Shown: positions 13,906 to 25,695 of the stretch, one piece after another
Layout: each line of letters begins with the position of its first letter
Numbering within the stretch: position 1 is the stretch's first letter
NCBI GenBank assembly: GCA_050613775.1
Contig: JBODTK010000015.1
Location: 620,001-684,000 of the forward strand
DNA: 64,000 nt
Source of the DNA: Neocallimastix sp. 'constans'
Lineage: Eukaryota
Direction: 5' to 3'
Position numbers and translations under genes: made by a program
The notes under the pieces: generated by a model
Database searches by the model: none
What the model was told of the DNA's origin: nothing
What the model saw: only the letters and a program-made list of their open reading frames with translations

Positions 13906-14215
13906 TTATTTATTTATTTATTATTTATTATTTATTATTTATTATTTATTATTTATTATTTATTATTTATTATTTATTATTTATTTAATTATTATTTATT
14001 TATTATTTATTTATTTATTATTTATTATTTATTTATTTATTATTTATTATTTATTATTTATTATTTATTATTTATTATTTATTATTTATTATTTATTATT
14101 TATTATTTATTATTTATTATTTATTATTTATTATTTATTATTTATTATTTATTATTTATTATTTATTATTTATTATTTATTATTTATTATTTATTATTTA
14201 TTATTTAGATATTTA
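13905..14215. repeat. (TTATTTA)n heptamer satellite
   Basis: Long near-perfect 7-bp periodic tract. Confidence 0.95.
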
Positions 14216-14521
14216 GATATTTATTTATTATTAAATTGTTTTTTAAATATTTAATAAAATATAGAAGATCAAACATTTAAATAGTAAAACTAATTAAATT
14301 AATAATTAATTGTTGTAGTGTCCACTAAAGTCTCCCAACCATTACTTAATAGAATGTAAAAATTTATTGGATTCGATGATACAAATAATTAGTTATATAT
14401 TAGACTATTCGCCAAATAACAAATATGCATGTTTTTTGACATTCATATCTAATGTATGTGCAAAATACATGAATATTATCATATATACATCTATTTGCAT
14501 GGGCTAAATATATGTTCTATA

Positions 14522-14552
<31 letters not shown>

Positions 14553-14557
14553 TAAAT

Positions 14558-14870
14558 TTAAATAATAAATAATAAATAATAAATAATAAATAATAAATAA
14601 TAAATAATAAATAATAAATAATAAATAATAAATAATAAATAATAAATAATTAAATAATAATAATTGAATAATAAATAATAAATAATAAATAATAAATAAA
14701 TAAATAATAAATAATAAATAATAAATAATAAATAATAAATAATAAATAATAAATAATAAATAATAAATAATAAATAATAAATAATAAATAATAAATAATA
14801 AATAATAAATAATAAATAATAAATAATAAATAATAAAAAGAGTATTTATTAATAAATAATAAATAATAAA
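14558..14870. repeat. (AAATAAT)n heptamer satellite, inverted relative to 13905-14215
   Basis: 7-bp periodic tract containing AAGAGTATTTATTAATAAAT at 14838-14857. Confidence 0.95.
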
Positions 14871-15392
14871 CAAAAAAATTATATTTATTTTTTAATATTT
14901 TGCTTTATTTTGTATTTTATTTCAAAATACCAATGATATATTGAACATTGGGATAGATTACATGTTTATATTCTTGTTTATACTTTCATTATATTATTAA
15001 AAAAAAAAAAGATAAAAAGTAAAGAATTATTTATTTACCCTTTTTTTTTTTTTTTTTTGTTCAAAAGTATTTTTTTTTTTATTATTATTTACATATTTGC
15101 ATCAAATTTTTAATATTATCTTTTTTTTTTCATAATTTATATGCGTTTAAAAAAGATATTTATTTACTTGTTTCTCTACTTTTAATTCTATATTAAATAA
15201 AGTTATTTTATTTACTTGTATTCATAAAGAAAAGTAGTAAAAGAAAAAAATAAAAATAGTATTTATTTACTATAAGGAAATTTTTAATAAGATCATTTTT
15301 ACCAATATATGATGATATATTGATAATTTTAAAAATAAAAAAAAAAAAAAAAGAATTCTTTTTTTTTATATAAAGGTCTATGATTATATCAT

Positions 15393-16373
15393 TTAAGCAC
15401 CTAAAGTACCATCCATGGTAATAATTCCACCCTTGTCATCGTACTTAAGTTCTCTGAACTTAACGTTACGTTTGTGGTTAACACCCTTGGAAATTTCACA
15501 GTCGTGGTAAAACAACCACCACTTACCGTGGTATTCAAGAATAGAGTGGTGAGTAGTCCAACCAAGAACTGGGGTTAAGATCTTACCACCGTAGGTATAT
15601 GGACCGTAAACGTTCTTACTGGTAGACCAACATAAGAAGTGAGTATCACCAGTGGAGTAGGTGAAGTAGTAGGTATCACCCTTCTTGTAGAGCCATGGAT
15701 CTTCGAAGTAACGTCTGTCGTGATCCTTACCGGTAAGTGGCTTACCGTTTTCATCTAAAATAACAATATCACGTGGAGCTTCGGCAAGAGTCTTCATGTC
15801 TGGGTTCATCTTGGCAATCTTAGCGCAAACAGCTGGAGTTTCACCGGTTGGTTCTTCGTTCTTTTCATCGTAAACATTGTTACGGTACTTGTCGAGTTGA
15901 CCACCCCAAATACCACCGAAGGTAAGGTAGAAGTTCTTGTCTGTGTCTGGGAAGATACATGGATCAATACTGTAGGTACCTTGAATGTAGTTTGGTTCTG
16001 GCTTGAATGGACCTCCTGGCTTATCACCAATAGCAACACCAATACGGAAGAAACCTTCCTTATCACGAGCTGGATAGAAGAAGTAGTACTTTCCATCCTT
16101 TTCAACACAATCTGGAGCCCAGAGTTGCTTGGAAACCCATGGGATGTCCTTAATATCTAAAACCTTACCACAGTCACGTGGAAGAGTGTTTTCATCGTCC
16201 ATTTCATAGACGTGGTAATCCTTCATATCATATTGATCACCGTTATCGTTATCGATGGTTTCAATATCACGATCATGGGATGGGTAAATGTAGATTTTAC
16301 CGTTGAAGACATGAGCAGATGGATCAGCGGTGTAAGTATCAGTAACTAAAGGTCTCTTTTCAATAGTAACCAT
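15393..16373 (-). CDS. Glycoside hydrolase family 43 beta-xylosidase/alpha-L-arabinofuranosidase (GH43_1-like), intronless, no signal peptide
   Basis: YTADPSAH (base Asp), QLWAPD, YSIDP (pKa-modulating Asp), FGGIWGGQL, RRYFEDPW (acid Glu), YSTGDTH and GWTTHHSI motifs. Confidence 0.93.
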   Translation of the reverse strand: MVTIEKRPLVTDTYTADPSAHVFNGKIYIYPSHDRDIETIDNDNGDQYDMKDYHVYEMDDENTLPRDCGKVLDIKDIPWVSKQLWAPDCVEKDGKYYFFYPARDKEGFFRIGVAIGDKPGGPFKPEPNYIQGTYSIDPCIFPDTDKNFYLTFGGIWGGQLDKYRNNVYDEKNEEPTGETPAVCAKIAKMNPDMKTLAEAPRDIVILDENGKPLTGKDHDRRYFEDPWLYKKGDTYYFTYSTGDTHFLCWSTSKNVYGPYTYGGKILTPVLGWTTHHSILEYHGKWWLFYHDCEISKGVNHKRNVKFRELKYDDKGGIITMDGTLGA

Positions 16374-16757
16374 TTTTTTTTTCCTAAAACAAAATAAATA
16401 TTAAATTAATGAGGAATAATGAATAAAAAAAAAATTTTTTTTTTCGAGAAAAAATCATTACTTTTATATAAAAATAAGTTAAAAAAATTTTTTTCTTTTT
16501 AATTCTTTTTCCCTTTTTTGATTTAAATAAATAAATAAATAAATAAATAAAATAGCCAAATGATTTTATCTATTTATGAAAATATAAAAATAAATATATA
16601 AATTTATATATATTAATATATATATATATCTAAATTAAAAATTAAAAAATTAAAAATTTAAAAAAATGATTAAAAAAATTTAATTTAATTTTAAATTTTA
16701 AACTGTTATTATAAACTGATATAATAAACTGATATTATAAATTTTTATTTAATCTTC

Positions 16758-16888
16758 AAAGTATACAATAAAATAATACTAATGAAATGATAGAAAATTA
16801 ATTTCAATTCAATTACAAAAGATATATTCATGCCATTCAATTTCATGATACCTCTTTGAAGAATTAGAAAATGACAGATACGAAGATT

Positions 16889-16926
<38 letters not shown>

Positions 16927-17066
16927 ATTAAATTTAAAGTATACAATAAAATAATACTAATGAAATGATAGAAAATTAATTTCAATTCAATTACAAAAGA
17001 TATATTCATGCCATTCAATTTCATGATACCTCTTAGAAGAATTAGAAAATGACAGATACGAAGATT

Positions 17067-17104
<38 letters not shown>

Positions 17105-17113
17105 ATTAAATTT
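16758..17113. repeat. Two-copy tandem duplication of ~178 bp ending in a poly-A tract
   Basis: aaagtatacaataaaataatactaatgaaatgatag...gacagatacgaagattaatt(A)n starts at 16758 and at 16936, nearly identical. Confidence 0.9.
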
Positions 17114-18610
17114 ATTATTTCATTCTTTTTTATTTATTTATTTTTTATTTATTTATTTATTTATTATTTTATTAAGAAATTTTATTTATTTATTCAATTA
17201 TTTATTTATTATTTAATTATTCCATTTATTTAATTATTTATTTAATTTTTTTTTCATTGTCATGGTCAAAGGCTGAATTAGAGAAAGATAATTTCCATTT
17301 ATGTTCATTTCATTTCAACAAAAATAATATTAAATATTAAATATTAATTTTAAATAATAAATATTAATTTTAAATATTAATTATTAATTATTAATTATAA
17401 ATTATTATAATTATTAATTATTAATATTTATGGTATTAATTAATTAATAAATTAAGTTAAAAAAAAAATTTTTTATTTTAATGGATGATAGTTAAAATCT
17501 GTGATGGGTTTTTTTTTTCAAAGTGGTTGAGGAATGATAAAAAATTGGCAAATATATAAAAATATTAATATTTGAATGAACAAATAATAAAAATTCTATC
17601 AATCCACTAACCTTTTATATATTTACTTGTATATATATTCTATATGAATTTTTAAAGAGAGGTTAATTATAATTACTAAACATTAATTGCCCCATTTATA
17701 ACTAAAAAGAACTAAAAAGAAATAAATAAATATAAATATAAATAAATAAATAAATATAAATATAAATAAATAAATAAATATAAATAAAATGTTCTTGAAT
17801 TACTCATAATTCAAAATTTCCCACTTTAATTTAATTGTAATTAAATGAAAATGAGAAAAAAAAAAAGTCTTCTAAAATAGATGAAAAAAGAAAAAAAAAA
17901 AAACAAAAAATTAATACAACATTTTAAAATACTAAAATAAAACAAAAAAAGAATTTTTTTTTATTTACTTGTTCTTTTTAATTTCATTCTTTATTAAGCT
18001 TTTTTTTTATTATTATTTTATTAATTGAATTGAATGATTTAATTGTTTGTAATTAAGGGTTATAAGATTTATAATTGTTACTAATAAAATATTATATTCA
18101 TTCATTTTTTTTTTTTTTTAATAGATTAAGCACTTCTACAAAATATTAAAATTTATATATTATTTATGAATTATTATTAAATAATGACTTTAAAAAAATA
18201 AAAAAATTCTTTCAATCTTAATCTTTCCTCTTATCCTTAAAAATCTCTAATAAAAAAAAAAAAAAAAAAAAGCAATGAAGAAGCCATACCACCATCAATC
18301 ACAAATGGGGAGAAGAGGAGACAATTTCCCATTAAATAAAGCCAATATCTTTTTCAAAAAAAATCAAAATTTTACTATCTTTTTAATATTCTAATTAATA
18401 TAAAATGGAGATATTTTTTACTACGCCACAAATAATAAATATTTTTTATATTAATATTAAGTAGAAAAACATTAATAAAAATAAAAAATAATAAAATAAA
18501 AATATTTAATTAATAAAAAAATTACTCATTATTAAAATTTAATTAACTGAAATGGTTTACATTTTTTTTAATTTGGTACAAAAAATAAGCATCAATAAGT
18601 AATAATCAGT

Positions 18611-19262
18611 AATTGAATAATAAATAATTAAATAATTAAATAATAAATAATAAATAATAAATAATAAATAATAAATAATAAATAATAAATAATAAATAAT
18701 AAATAATAAATAATAAATAATAAATAATAAATAATAAATAATAAATAATAAATAATAAATAATAAATAATAAATAATAAATAATAAATAATAAATAATAA
18801 ATAATAAATAATAAATAATAAATAATTAAATAATAAATAATAAATAATAAATAATAAATAATAAATAATAAATAATAAATAATAAATAATAAATAATAAA
18901 TAATAAATAATAAATAATAAATAATAAATAATAAATAATAAATAATAAATAATAAATAATAAATAATAAATAATAAATAAATGAATAATAATAAATAATA
19001 AATAATAAATAATTGAATAATAAATAATAAATAATAAATAATAAATAATAAAAAGAGTATTTATTAATAAATAATGGAATAATAAATAAATAATGGAATA
19101 ATAAATAAATAATGGAATAATAAATAAATAATGGAATAATAAATAAATAATGGAATAATAAATAAATAATGGAATAATAAATAATTAATATTCAATAATT
19201 GAATAGTTTTTAAGTAGTAAATAGTAAATAATAAATAGTAAATAATAAATAATAAATAATTA
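18611..19262. repeat. (AAATAAT)n satellite with a short 19-bp ggaataataaataaataat sub-array
   Basis: Periodic tract, with AAGAGTATTTATTAATAAAT at ~19053. Confidence 0.95.
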
Positions 19263-20744
19263 AATATAAAACTTGTCTATATGAATATTTTTTATTTTTC
19301 TAAAATTATAATATTTTTTCTAAATAAGTATTTATTAATGAATAATTTTTACTATTTTTTGATTTTTCATAAATGATAAACTACATTTGATGAAAATGAA
19401 AAATTTAAATAAATACATTTTCTATAAAGAAAATATTCATTTACGTTGAAATATATATAATTGTATTATTATATATAATTGTATTATTTCTTCTTCATAA
19501 AGACTGTTGCTTGATTTTTTATTTTTTTTTTTATCATTAACAATTATATTCATATTAAAAGATAATAAATTATACTTGGAAATGGACTTAAGTTTGTATT
19601 TTTTATTAATACATAAATATATTTAAGATAAAACATTAATAAATTTATCAATTATTTTCATAATTACATATTTACATAAACTTTATAACACATAAATTTT
19701 ATTTTTTCATTAATTTTATATGTTTGTATAGAATATATGATATTATATAAATCTATTTGATATAAAACAAATATGTGTAGTTAGCATATTCTGTATATTT
19801 AATAATAATTATTAAATATTAAATTTATATCTCTTTTGTCAATAATAATATTTGAAATAATTTCTTATTCATATATTATTCAATATTCATATATATATTA
19901 TTTATTATAATATGAAATATATTAAATATATTAAATTAAATAGTCAATTTCTTCTAAATATATATAAGAATATTATTATATATATAACTTAAATATTCTT
20001 ATTTATTTTAAAGTTTATATTAAAAATACATCATTCTTTCTATATATTAAAAATAAATGTTAACAGTTGAAGTTATTTTAATTATAATTAGATATATATA
20101 TAATTGATATTATTTATTATATTAATATTTATAATATATTATATTAAATATTATTATTAGATATATTTATATTATTCAATACTAATTTTTATATGTAAAT
20201 AATCCTAATCATAAATCATTCTTCATATTTTTATTTAATATGGAGAAGTTAACTTGGTTAATAATTTTAGGAAAAGATATTAACATTAATAAAATATTTA
20301 ATTATACTATTAAAAATAGATAGCATATAAAAGGAATGTGAAGCATTTCGACATAATTTATGTATAATCATCATAAAATTTTGTACAATGTGTATAATAT
20401 ATGTAATACGCCACTATTTTCAACGTATATTTTTATTTATTGTTTTTTAGCATTAAAAAAATAAAATAAAAACAAAAAAAAGAATAAATAAAAGAATAAA
20501 TGTATTTTAGCATTAAAAAAAAATAAAATAAAAACAAAAAAAGAATAAGTTTTCTGTTGAGAATTTTATTTTATTTTTATTTTTTTTTTAATTTTATTTT
20601 ATTATTATATTTTATTATTAAATATTTTAATAATAAAACCTTTCCATTTTATTTTATTCAAATAAAATAAATAAAATTATATATTTTATTATTAAATTAA
20701 TTTAATAATAAAATAAAATTTATTATAATATTAATAAAATTTAA

Positions 20745-20915
20745 ATATTGATATTGATATTAATGAAATATTTTGATATTGATATTAATGAAATATTTTG
20801 ATATTGATATTAATGAAATATTTTGATATTGATATTAATGAAATATTTTGACATTGATATTAATAAAATATATTGATATTGATATTAATAAAATATATTG
20901 ATATTGATATAAATA
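20745..20915. repeat. ~23-bp minisatellite inside the MULE (ttgatattgatattaatgaaatatt)
   Basis: Tandem copies, also present inverted at ~42490-42655 in the second MULE copy. Confidence 0.85.
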
Positions 20916-20958
20916 TAATTTAAACTATATATATTCTAATTAATTATTATTCATATAT

Positions 20959-22364
20959 TTAGAGTGTATTTAATTCTATTAAACATTTATACCATAAATC
21001 AATGATATCATTTTTTCACATTTTTTATCAATTAATCGGATTCCTTTTTTTTTTGTATTTTTTAATAAAATCATTGATTTCATCAGTTTTTGTTAATATT
21101 CTTTTTTTTTTTCCAAACTCCTTCAATTTTCCTTTTGTAATTATTGTAAGATAAAGATTCTTCTCTTTTTAAATGATAAATCAATTCATAGAAAGAAGGT
21201 TTTTTGTAAAACAATTTTTTTAAGTAATTGTTAAAAGATTCTGAAGCATTATTTGTTATGTGGTTTACATCGTTATAATAATTTCAATATTGAATATCAT
21301 ATTTATATAAATAAGTCTTATTAAAATATTCCAAAAAATTTAAAAAATTGAAATAATTATATATTTGACATATAATTTTAATATAATTATAAATATCATA
21401 TATATATTCAGGATTTATAAAAGGAAAATTTGTAATAGCTTTATATAACAAATAAATTTTATGATTATTTTCAACTTCATTATAACATAATTTATTTTTT
21501 TGAACTTCAAACGATCTTTTATAATGCCATACACAATATTTAATAGTAATATTATGAAATATTTTAATGGAAGCATTGGATATACTTTTTTCAAAATCAC
21601 AATGCAAAATTTTTGGTATAACTATAATATTATTATTATAATTACTTATAATATTATTATTATAATTACTTTCATTCTTTTTTAATTCTTCAAATAACAA
21701 TTCATAGGTTGCTTGTTCTTTATTATTTAATATAGATAGTGATGTAGTATAAAAATTATTTATTTCTGGAGCAAATACTCTTGTTATAAACACTTGATAA
21801 CCAAATATTGGTGCAATATAAAATGTACTATCAGCAAACATATGTTCGTTGTATTTTATAGACAATTCTGTTTGGAATGGGGAATGATGATTGAAAAATT
21901 ATAATATTAGAATTTTTGTATATCATAAAATTTTCATCTCTTTCGTTTATATAATATTCAGATATATCAGGAGGTAGTTGTTTTTTAATATATCTTGATA
22001 TTTGGGATTTAATTGAATTATATTCAGGGCATATCAATCCAATTTCTTCAAATATTTCATTATATATGTTTTGGATTTATATCAAATGGGATTGAGGTTT
22101 TTCTAATTTCATTTTTCATTTTATGTTTTATTATTGATACAGATGCATCATATTCTTTTCCTGGATGAGTATGTTTGTTTTCATATTTTATTACTTTATT
22201 ATTATCATTTAGAATAATTTACATTTTTTAACTGTTTTATATTTTGTACATTGGAATATTTTTGTATTATTCGTTATATACCATAAATTAAATTTATATT
22301 TTCTATTTACAATGATTTGGTTTTTTTCATTATTAGTTTCACTTTTTTCTAATTGATCATCCAT
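20959..22364 (-). pseudogene. MULE transposase pseudogene
   Basis: FADSTFYIAP, KEQATYELLF, LHCDFEKSISNA and YCVWHYKR match MULE DDE-domain motifs, and ITNNASES lies after a premature TGA at 21284. Frameshifts in the 5' part. Confidence 0.85.
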
Positions 22365-23838
22365 TTATTATAAATATTTTAAATTTAAAGTTTTATTTTT
22401 TATATTTTAATTTTTTTTGTTTTAATCTATTTTTTTTTATCTTATATTTTATTTTATTCTTTTTTTTTTTTTTTTATTTTTTATTTTATATTTTACTTTT
22501 TTTTATATATTTTATATTTTATAATTTACTTTATTATTTATTCTTTTTTTTATATTTTATATTTTACTTTATTATTTATTTTTTTTATTTTTTTTTTTTT
22601 TATTTTTTATTTACTTTATTATATATATATATTTTTTACTGTAAATGTTTTTAAAATTAAAAAAAAAAAAATAAAAATAAAAATAAAAATAAATTTAACC
22701 CTATTCCTATTCATTTATTTTTACAAGCCACATTGTAATACATGAATAAATGATCAAACATAAATTATGTCGAAATGCAATACTCCCATATAAAAGTCCC
22801 GCATATCATATTTTATCTCACGTTATTTTTAGATCAGCTTATAAATCATATGATAATTTAATGATCTATTAAGTGATATACGGGACTTTTATGTGCAATA
22901 ATTTATATAAGCAGTGGGTTTTTAAAATAATGGTAGTTTAGTAAATTTTATTAATAAAATTATAATATTCGTACAATTAAATAATAATTCTAATTCCTAA
23001 AAATTTACAAGAGAGTTTTCTATTTCTAATATAAATAATTTAATTTATAAGAAATAGGTAATATATTAATTATATATTCTAATATATAGAATTATATAAA
23101 TTTTATATGAATTAAAGTATTATAATTATTATAATTATAATAATACATATTGAAATAAAATAAAATAAAATAATTATTATCAAAAAGATATAAATTTAAT
23201 ATTTAATAATTATTATTAAATATACAAATATGTTACTACACATATTTGCTTTATATCATAAGTTATTTTTATGTAATTATTAATAAAATAATTTATTAAT
23301 AATTATGAAAAAACAAATTTATAAAATATGAAAATAAAATAACATGATTAAAATAAATTTATGCTTTGTCATAATTTAATTTTTGATCATTATTTTGAGA
23401 GTGGGAACGTTACCTTTTGTAATGTGGTGTACATATTGACGCCATAAATTTTTTACTAATTTTTAATACAATTATATAAAAATAAATAAATAATTAATTA
23501 ATAATCATCTATATTATTTATTTTCTTAATTATTTTTTAACAAAAAGATTGAATAATAATTATTAATTTATTTATAATAAATGATTAATTTTAAATAATA
23601 CAAATAAATAATATAATTAAATATAAATAATAAATAATTATATAAAAAATAAAATATTTTTATAAAAACATTTTATAATTATTTATATAAACTGAATAAT
23701 CAAAACTATTTTATTCATAATAAATAAATTAAATAAACGATAAATAATAAAAAAATAAATAATAAAAAAAAAATATTTTTTTCTTTTTTTGTTAAAAATT
23801 ATAAAATAAAATATTTATTTAAATACATTTATTTTTTT

Positions 23839-24420
23839 TTCCAGTGTGTACCTCCCTTTGCTGGAATATTGAGGTTGGCACAACACTTCCATATAGACAG
23901 AAATGTCCCTGCTAGACAGCCTTACTAAGTATTCAGTATTGGCATTCTGACATGCATATTGTTGCTTAGAATTTTTAAGGTAGGCTTCTTCTCGGAGGGC
24001 TTCTCCAGTTCTTAGGCTTCCCTTTGAAGTGAGGTTACTATAACCTAACCCATATATATTAGCTCACTTCTAATTGCATAAACGTCAGAAAGATTGCAAT
24101 TTAGTAGAATATCTACATCACCAAGTAGAATATATCTACTACATGGATACATGAAATCATGTACTCAAATGTTAATTCTCTTGTAAAAACATTAAATGAC
24201 AGTACTTACATAACTCTTAAGACAGCATCTTGTCTATATTACTTAGGATATTTAGAATAATATTATATGAATAAGGGGAAATACTTACCTTCAACTCTAA
24301 CCGCTATATTCCATAAAAACTTCTTGTAAGGAAAACCTGGAAAATGGTCAAAGGGCGGGAATGAACCAGGAGTCTTATGTATGCTAGCCTATACACTAAT
24401 AACCAGGATAGAACCTGGTT
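23839..24420. ncRNA. Candidate large structured non-coding RNA, family unassigned
   Basis: GC-enriched ORF-less island with many complementary segments: 23862-69/24306-13, 23891-99/24231-39, 23925-30/23964-69, 23977-85/24016-24, 24026-33/24063-70, 24072-78/24095-101 and 24401-07/24414-20. Confidence 0.5.
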
Positions 24421-25695
24421 TGATTATTTATTTAAAAGATTTTTTAACCATGACGTATATAATTAAAAATATTTTTTTAAATACTTAATTTTAATAAATT
24501 ATTTCAATACTTAATTTATATATATATTTTTAATTTTAAAAATATTTAAAGAATAATTTTTTTATATTTTTAATATATATAAGCCTTTTTATATTTGAAA
24601 TATTTATATATTTTTTTTATATTAAATACTTTTTATAGATTTCAAGAATATTTTATTTTTTTAAATATATATATAATGAAAATTTCAAAAATATTTTATT
24701 TTCATTTTTCATTTTTTTTAGAAAAAAAAAAAATCTTTAGTATGTATATTAAATATAACTGCTATATACACATTATGTCCGGGAGTGTTACATTTCGGAA
24801 AGTTGCATTAAATATTTTATAATTATTATTTTTATTTAATATTAACATTAGTATGTTTTAATAAATTAATGAAAAATACTATTCTCTTCTATTACAATAT
24901 TTTCGATAATAAACAATAGAATATTGATATATATTATTTAAAAATGTTTAAATAACAATAATTCTAATAATAAGAATAATACTAATACTAAAAATTATAA
25001 TAATAAGAAAAAATTAAATAATATTATTATTGTAAATTAATTTTTCCATTTATTATTATTATTTTATATATTATAATATTAGCTATACTATATCATTATT
25101 ATCATAATAATAATTAATAAAATAAAATAATAATAAATACTACCACTATTACACCCACTACCACTACTACTACTACTACTACTACTAATAATAATAATAA
25201 TAATAATAATAAGACAAGTCTGATAATAATCAGAGAGTATCATTCACATAAGACACAATTAAACATTTATAATTATTTTATAATTTACCAAAATTTATAA
25301 TATAGTTTCTAATATTTTCTTAATTTCCTGAAATATTGGTGATATGTCTGTCAGATAATAATTTATTTTTAAAAAATAATTATAAATTTTCTATTATGAA
25401 TTATGAATGATGAAATAATATAAATAAATGATTATAATCAATTTTAATAAAATTATATTTCATTAATGTTCATATATATATTTTTTTGTTTGCTTATTTT
25501 ATTTGTTTATTTATTCTTTTTTTTTTTTTTTTTTTTTTTTTATTTTGTGGGTGTGAGTGTTATTTTTTATATTTTTTTAATTTATATATTATTTTAAAAT
25601 AATATAATAAATAAAATGTAATAAAATTTATAAATACTTTTTATAAAAATTTTTTGTAAATATTGTAAAAAAAAAAAAATTTTTTTTTTATCAAA

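Larger units (their letters stand above)
20334..22787 (-). mobile_element. Mutator-like DNA transposon (MULE), 2454 bp, with pseudogenised transposase
   Basis: Short TIRs with core GCATTTCGACATAATTTATGT near both ends. 9-bp TSD ATATAAAAG at 20325-20333 and 22788-22796. Transposase remnant inside. Confidence 0.92.

Noticed and set aside
18270..18345. Small GC-richer patch
   Set aside because: Too short, with no ORF, repeat partner or RNA motif recognised.
23897..23912. GAAATGTCCC resembling the RNase MRP CR-I motif
   Set aside because: No matching CR-V/P4 partner was found near the 3' end of the island.
24281..24290. ATACTTACCT, identical to the U1 snRNA 5' end
   Set aside because: No U1 stem-loop I/II motifs (GATCACGAAG, ATTGCAC) or Sm site follow. 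It could equally be a minus-strand splice-donor-like sequence or chance.
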